A stretch of 31,025 nt of DNA from a virus. Lineage: Duplodnaviria > Heunggongvirae > Uroviricota > Caudoviricetes. The DNA lies in IMG/VR virus record IMGVR_UViG_2802429232_000001, positions 1 through 31,025 of that record; one strand, given 5' to 3'. The position numbers and the translations under genes are program-made. Below, in pieces: positions 28,106 to 31,025 of the stretch (position 1 is the stretch's first letter; each line of letters opens with the position of its first letter). The notes beneath the pieces were generated by a model that was given only the letters and a program-made list of their open reading frames with translations, did no database searches and was not told the origin of the DNA.

Positions 28106-28141
28106 ATGATGTGCTCACTTGTTAGAAAGGAGCACATCATG
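28106..28141 (+). promoter_or_regulatory. Perfect 11-bp inverted repeat ATGATGTGCTC-N13-GAGCACATCAT covering the SD and start codon of the next gene
   Basis: Read directly; the right arm ends in the ATG at ~28139 and the loop contains AAGGAG. Could form an mRNA hairpin occluding translation initiation, or be a dimeric-protein operator. Confidence 0.5.
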
Positions 28142-28705
28142 AGTTGGTTAAAAGAATTATCATTTGTTGACACCACTGGCGCTAAGAAAAATCATTCTTT
28201 CTGGAAAGTCAGCGATCCTTCTGATTTTCTTGTTGGTGCTAATGCTGCGTTTGAATTGCTTAACTTTTATCAACGTTATCCTGAAATGAAACACAGTCCA
28301 CTCCTGTACAGAATAACAAACGATATGAATAGGTCTGGTTTATTATCAAGTGAGTCAGCGAAAGGCTTTTTTAGCAAAATTACGCCACACATATCATTCG
28401 ATGCAGCAAACGAAATTGATTATCTATCCACGAAACCTCAAGAACAATTATCTGTACCACCTGAGAAAAAAGAAAGACGAATTGCCAGCATTGAAAATAT
28501 ATCGAAAGAGCTTCGCACAACAACGTTGAGGCTGCTGAACTTTCTTACGCTACTTAATTGGATAGATGATCAAACATTGATTCCATCAACCGATGCGTTG
28601 GATAACAGAGTCCTTCGTCTAAACAAAAAATCGCAATTTGGTTTTGTGTTCACCAAAAAAGGTGAAGATTTAATCAAAAGAAAATATAGATTATTGAATG
28701 ATTAA
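28139..28705 (+). CDS. Hypothetical protein (189 aa), AT-rich gene
   Basis: ORF track 28106..28705; start moved to ATG at 28139 (MSWLKEL), which has AAGGAG 7 nt upstream. Visibly lower G+C than the structural genes (by eye, not computed). Confidence 0.5.
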   Translation: MSWLKELSFVDTTGAKKNHSFWKVSDPSDFLVGANAAFELLNFYQRYPEMKHSPLLYRITNDMNRSGLLSSESAKGFFSKITPHISFDAANEIDYLSTKPQEQLSVPPEKKERRIASIENISKELRTTTLRLLNFLTLLNWIDDQTLIPSTDALDNRVLRLNKKSQFGFVFTKKGEDLIKRKYRLLND

Positions 28706-28710
28706 TAGTC

Positions 28711-28740
28711 TACATGCAGGTGTATGAGAGCACCTGCATG
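28711..28740 (+). terminator. 11-bp perfect hairpin ACATGCAGGTG-N8-CACCTGCATGT after the 189-aa gene (terminator-like or operator)
   Basis: Read directly; the T-run (TTTTTT) sits ~13 nt downstream rather than adjacent, so not a textbook intrinsic terminator. Confidence 0.4.
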
Positions 28741-28850
28741 TGACATTCATCACATTTTTTGAAGTACACACCTCCGGCTGAAAAAATTTCTTGATTGGCT
28801 GAACGATATTTGTAGGCTTTTCAATTGATAACTAAGGTCGGATACTGTAG

Positions 28851-29339
28851 ATGAGTATTTCTATAAACAAAATAATTAACTCTTTACGACATAAAATATC
28901 ACATGGAAAAGATGTTCTTTTTAAAGACAAATATTATCTATTCAACTTAGTGCCGTACAAATGTACAAAATTTTATATCACTCGGGACTGTAAATATTCA
29001 GTTTCAATCACAAAAGACATGAAGAAAATCTCTTCAGAAGAGTACTTCATATCACATATTTATATCTACCCATTTAAATTAGAACCATTAAATATAATTC
29101 TTCCAACAATAAAAGGGGTTGAACTTGAAGGTTATACTTTAAGCTCTAACTTTAATGATATGGGTGTACAAAAACCAGGGTCAAGGTCATACTACGCCTA
29201 CAAAGTAAAATGCAATAACTACAACGCACTTAACATGCTAATCAGCAAACTTGAAACGGAGATAGTCAAAGGAAATCTAAATGATGATCATGAAAAATTA
29301 GAACAAATAGAAAAACTTAGAAAGTGTGATGTTAAATAA
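28851..29339 (+). CDS. Hypothetical protein (162 aa), strongly AT-rich gene
   Basis: ORF track. Lys/Asn/Ile/Tyr-rich; composition by eye roughly 30-35% G+C, clearly below the rest of the window. Confidence 0.5.
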   Translation: MSISINKIINSLRHKISHGKDVLFKDKYYLFNLVPYKCTKFYITRDCKYSVSITKDMKKISSEEYFISHIYIYPFKLEPLNIILPTIKGVELEGYTLSSNFNDMGVQKPGSRSYYAYKVKCNNYNALNMLISKLETEIVKGNLNDDHEKLEQIEKLRKCDVK

Positions 29340-29354
29340 TTGGATTATCATGAT

Positions 29355-29954
29355 ATGAAAATGAAACTTTCGTTACTCCTTGCTTGTATATGCCTCCCGG
29401 CGTTTTCCGCCAACGCATTATCAGATTTCGTCTCTGACATGCAAAAAACGTACAGCATGTATACTTCTGAAGACGTACTAAAATACAAATCACGAGGTCT
29501 GATTCAACCAGTCTGGTATAGATTCTCAGATAACGCAGAAGAAACAATACTTCATGCAGGAAAAGAAAGATTACGGTTGCAAATTAACGGGACCGCAGTA
29601 CCAGAAAACGCTAATGTAAGCTCTAACGAGGCCATGAAGCCATCTGGAATTGTTTTAGAAATTCAAGACGGTACACTCTATTGTGATGAAATGGCTACAA
29701 CGGGTTGCCAAGTGAACATCAGAGTTGGCAATGAAGAACCTATTGTCACTTATGCTAAGACTGAAGGGAATACCAGTGGGAAGGTATTGTTTATTGATGA
29801 AAACACAACAAAACGTATCGTTCGCGACATCAAGAAAACAACGAACTCTAAATCCGTCGATAAAAAAATCTATGTTGAAGTCCCCTTCTTGGTCGTTGGT
29901 AACAAAGAATTTAAATTTGGATTGCTGAAAACACCTCTAAGAGTATCAGAATGA
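29355..29954 (+). CDS. Secreted protein or lipoprotein (signal peptide MKMKLSLLLACICLPAFSANA)
   Basis: ORF track 29340..29954 begins at a TTG; first ATG at 29355 gives a classic signal peptide with a possible lipobox (LLAC) or signal peptidase I site (AFSA-NA). Confidence 0.5.
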   Translation: MKMKLSLLLACICLPAFSANALSDFVSDMQKTYSMYTSEDVLKYKSRGLIQPVWYRFSDNAEETILHAGKERLRLQINGTAVPENANVSSNEAMKPSGIVLEIQDGTLYCDEMATTGCQVNIRVGNEEPIVTYAKTEGNTSGKVLFIDENTTKRIVRDIKKTTNSKSVDKKIYVEVPFLVVGNKEFKFGLLKTPLRVSE

Positions 29955-30472
29955 GAACATTGGACATCACCTACGGCATACCGGCTGAAGTATGGCCGCG
30001 AAACTACGAACATGCTGAACGCACCTTGCTCTTCTGGCGGAGTGCTCAATTTCCTGTAAGAGTCACTCTCGAAGACGGCCAAGTGTTTTGCATGTATGTC
30101 TACGGGCTGTTGAGCGCAAGAAATAAGCTGAACCTCACACCAGATCCGTTTAGCAACACAAATCGTGTAAGGCTCCCTCTTGAGCGCATTAGCACAATTG
30201 AGTCAGGCATAGAAGAGGTTGACACTTCATTCACAGGTCGACTAACACTGAACAATGAACAGATGGTTAATCAGCCATCACGCCGTGACTTTTTTGCGAT
30301 ATGTCGCAAGGCTTATCAAAACGACCAATCTATAAGGGTCTACATGGCAGACGGTCGTGAAATAGAAGGGGTATCAAGAGGCGTTGATGCTTGCCAGGTC
30401 ACTCTTAAGTTAGAAGACGGCAGAAAAATACTTGTTTTCTTCGATTGGGTTGAACGAATTTTACCTTTTTGA
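29951..30472 (+). CDS. Protein with two Rof/YaeO-like repeats (putative Rho-interacting Sm-like fold)
   Basis: ORF track (173 aa); start overlaps upstream stop (ATGA). Both halves carry hydrophobic-x-hydrophobic-x-(E/K)DG cores (RVTLEDGQVF, RVYMADGREIEG, QVTLKLEDGRKILVF) and a tail RVRLPLERISTIES that resemble E. coli Rof (LTLELKDGEKLQAKA, RELRLDKITSFS) as I recall it. Confidence 0.45.
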   Translation: MRTLDITYGIPAEVWPRNYEHAERTLLFWRSAQFPVRVTLEDGQVFCMYVYGLLSARNKLNLTPDPFSNTNRVRLPLERISTIESGIEEVDTSFTGRLTLNNEQMVNQPSRRDFFAICRKAYQNDQSIRVYMADGREIEGVSRGVDACQVTLKLEDGRKILVFFDWVERILPF

Positions 30473-30475
30473 GTT

Positions 30476-30772
30476 ATGAAATCGATACTATTGACATCTT
30501 TATTTTTAGTTTACTCAATTTCGGCCAATGCAAAGGATGATATCGCAATTATTCAGTCGCTGATGAATGACGTATGCTCAACGTCTCAGAATGTACCAGT
30601 TTGCATGTTTAAACTTTCAGCAGCTGTAAAACTAGGGATAAACATTGGTAAGACCGCTCAACTATGTGAACAAGTGGAAAATTATGAACCATGTGAATCG
30701 AACAACTCTTCTGTGCAGTTCGTTGATGCGTTATTTGACACCAATCGTAAGGCTGTAGAGTCAGTCCGATAA
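30476..30772 (+). CDS. Small secreted Cys-containing protein (signal peptide MKSILLTSLFLVYSISANA)
   Basis: ORF track (98 aa); cleavable signal peptide; mature part has four Cys. Confidence 0.5.
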   Translation: MKSILLTSLFLVYSISANAKDDIAIIQSLMNDVCSTSQNVPVCMFKLSAAVKLGINIGKTAQLCEQVENYEPCESNNSSVQFVDALFDTNRKAVESVR

Positions 30773-30784
30773 ATGTATAAGGGT

Positions 30785-30813
30785 AATAACCGGCTAAGTC
30801 CGGTTATTTTTTT
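30785..30813 (+). terminator. Intrinsic terminator closing the plus-strand accessory operon
   Basis: AATAACCGG-ctaagt-CCGGTTATT followed directly by TTTTTTT, 13 nt after the last stop codon. Confidence 0.75.
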
Positions 30814-31025
30814 AAATGCCATTTATTAAATACACCTCCAATTCTACCCCGTATAAATATATAAGGTTATAAGCCGCAATTAATTATTTATTTAGGGAAC
30901 ACCTTCGACGATCTCGATTTTATTTCTAGGACTTCCGTCCCTGCAAAAAATTTAAAAAAAAACATGCAATCTTTTTTTGCGTATCGATAATTTAACGAAT
31001 AAGAAACGAGAGTAAAAATTTTCTT

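Noticed and set aside
28106-28138. Listed ATG start (MMCSLVRKEHI) for the 189-aa gene
   Set aside because: No RBS, and the sequence forms the left arm of the inverted repeat; the ATG at 28139 has AAGGAG 7 nt upstream.
30845-30860. TATAAATA-containing sequence resembling a T4-type late promoter
   Set aside because: Single occurrence in an AT-rich stretch and the window does not look T4-like; most likely chance.
1-31025. Search for integrase, attachment-site repeats, tRNA or rRNA genes
   Set aside because: No tyrosine/serine recombinase motifs in any listed ORF and no intergenic region long or structured enough for a tRNA was noticed; lysogeny cannot be assessed from this window.

Overview
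The window reads as the late (virion) region of a lambda-like siphovirus, phage or prophage, with a divergently transcribed accessory arm. No database search was possible; all calls rest on the ORF track, gene order and motifs read directly from the translations. On the minus strand, in transcription order (high to low coordinates): a six-gene module of two ParB-like proteins, a minimal ABC-type ATPase, a small protein, a GNAT-motif protein and a wHTH protein (26150-22748); a highly structured 195-bp non-coding region; then small and large terminase, portal, scaffold, putative major capsid protein, an Ig-like decoration protein, head-tail joining proteins, major tail protein, G/G-T chaperones, a ~1510-aa tape measure, M, L, K, I, a 1386-aa J-like central fibre with a coiled-coil repeat insertion, and the start of a side tail fibre gene running off the window. 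On the plus strand: an SF2 helicase followed by six small accessory genes, several visibly AT-rich, including two secreted/lipoprotein candidates and a protein with two Rof-like repeats, closed by a strong intrinsic terminator. I saw no rRNA, tRNA, CRISPR array, integrase or transposase. The most interesting candidates for an undescribed system are the ParB/ABC-ATPase/GNAT/wHTH module and the AT-rich plus-strand moron cluster. Coordinates of small motifs are read by eye and may be off by 1-2 bp.
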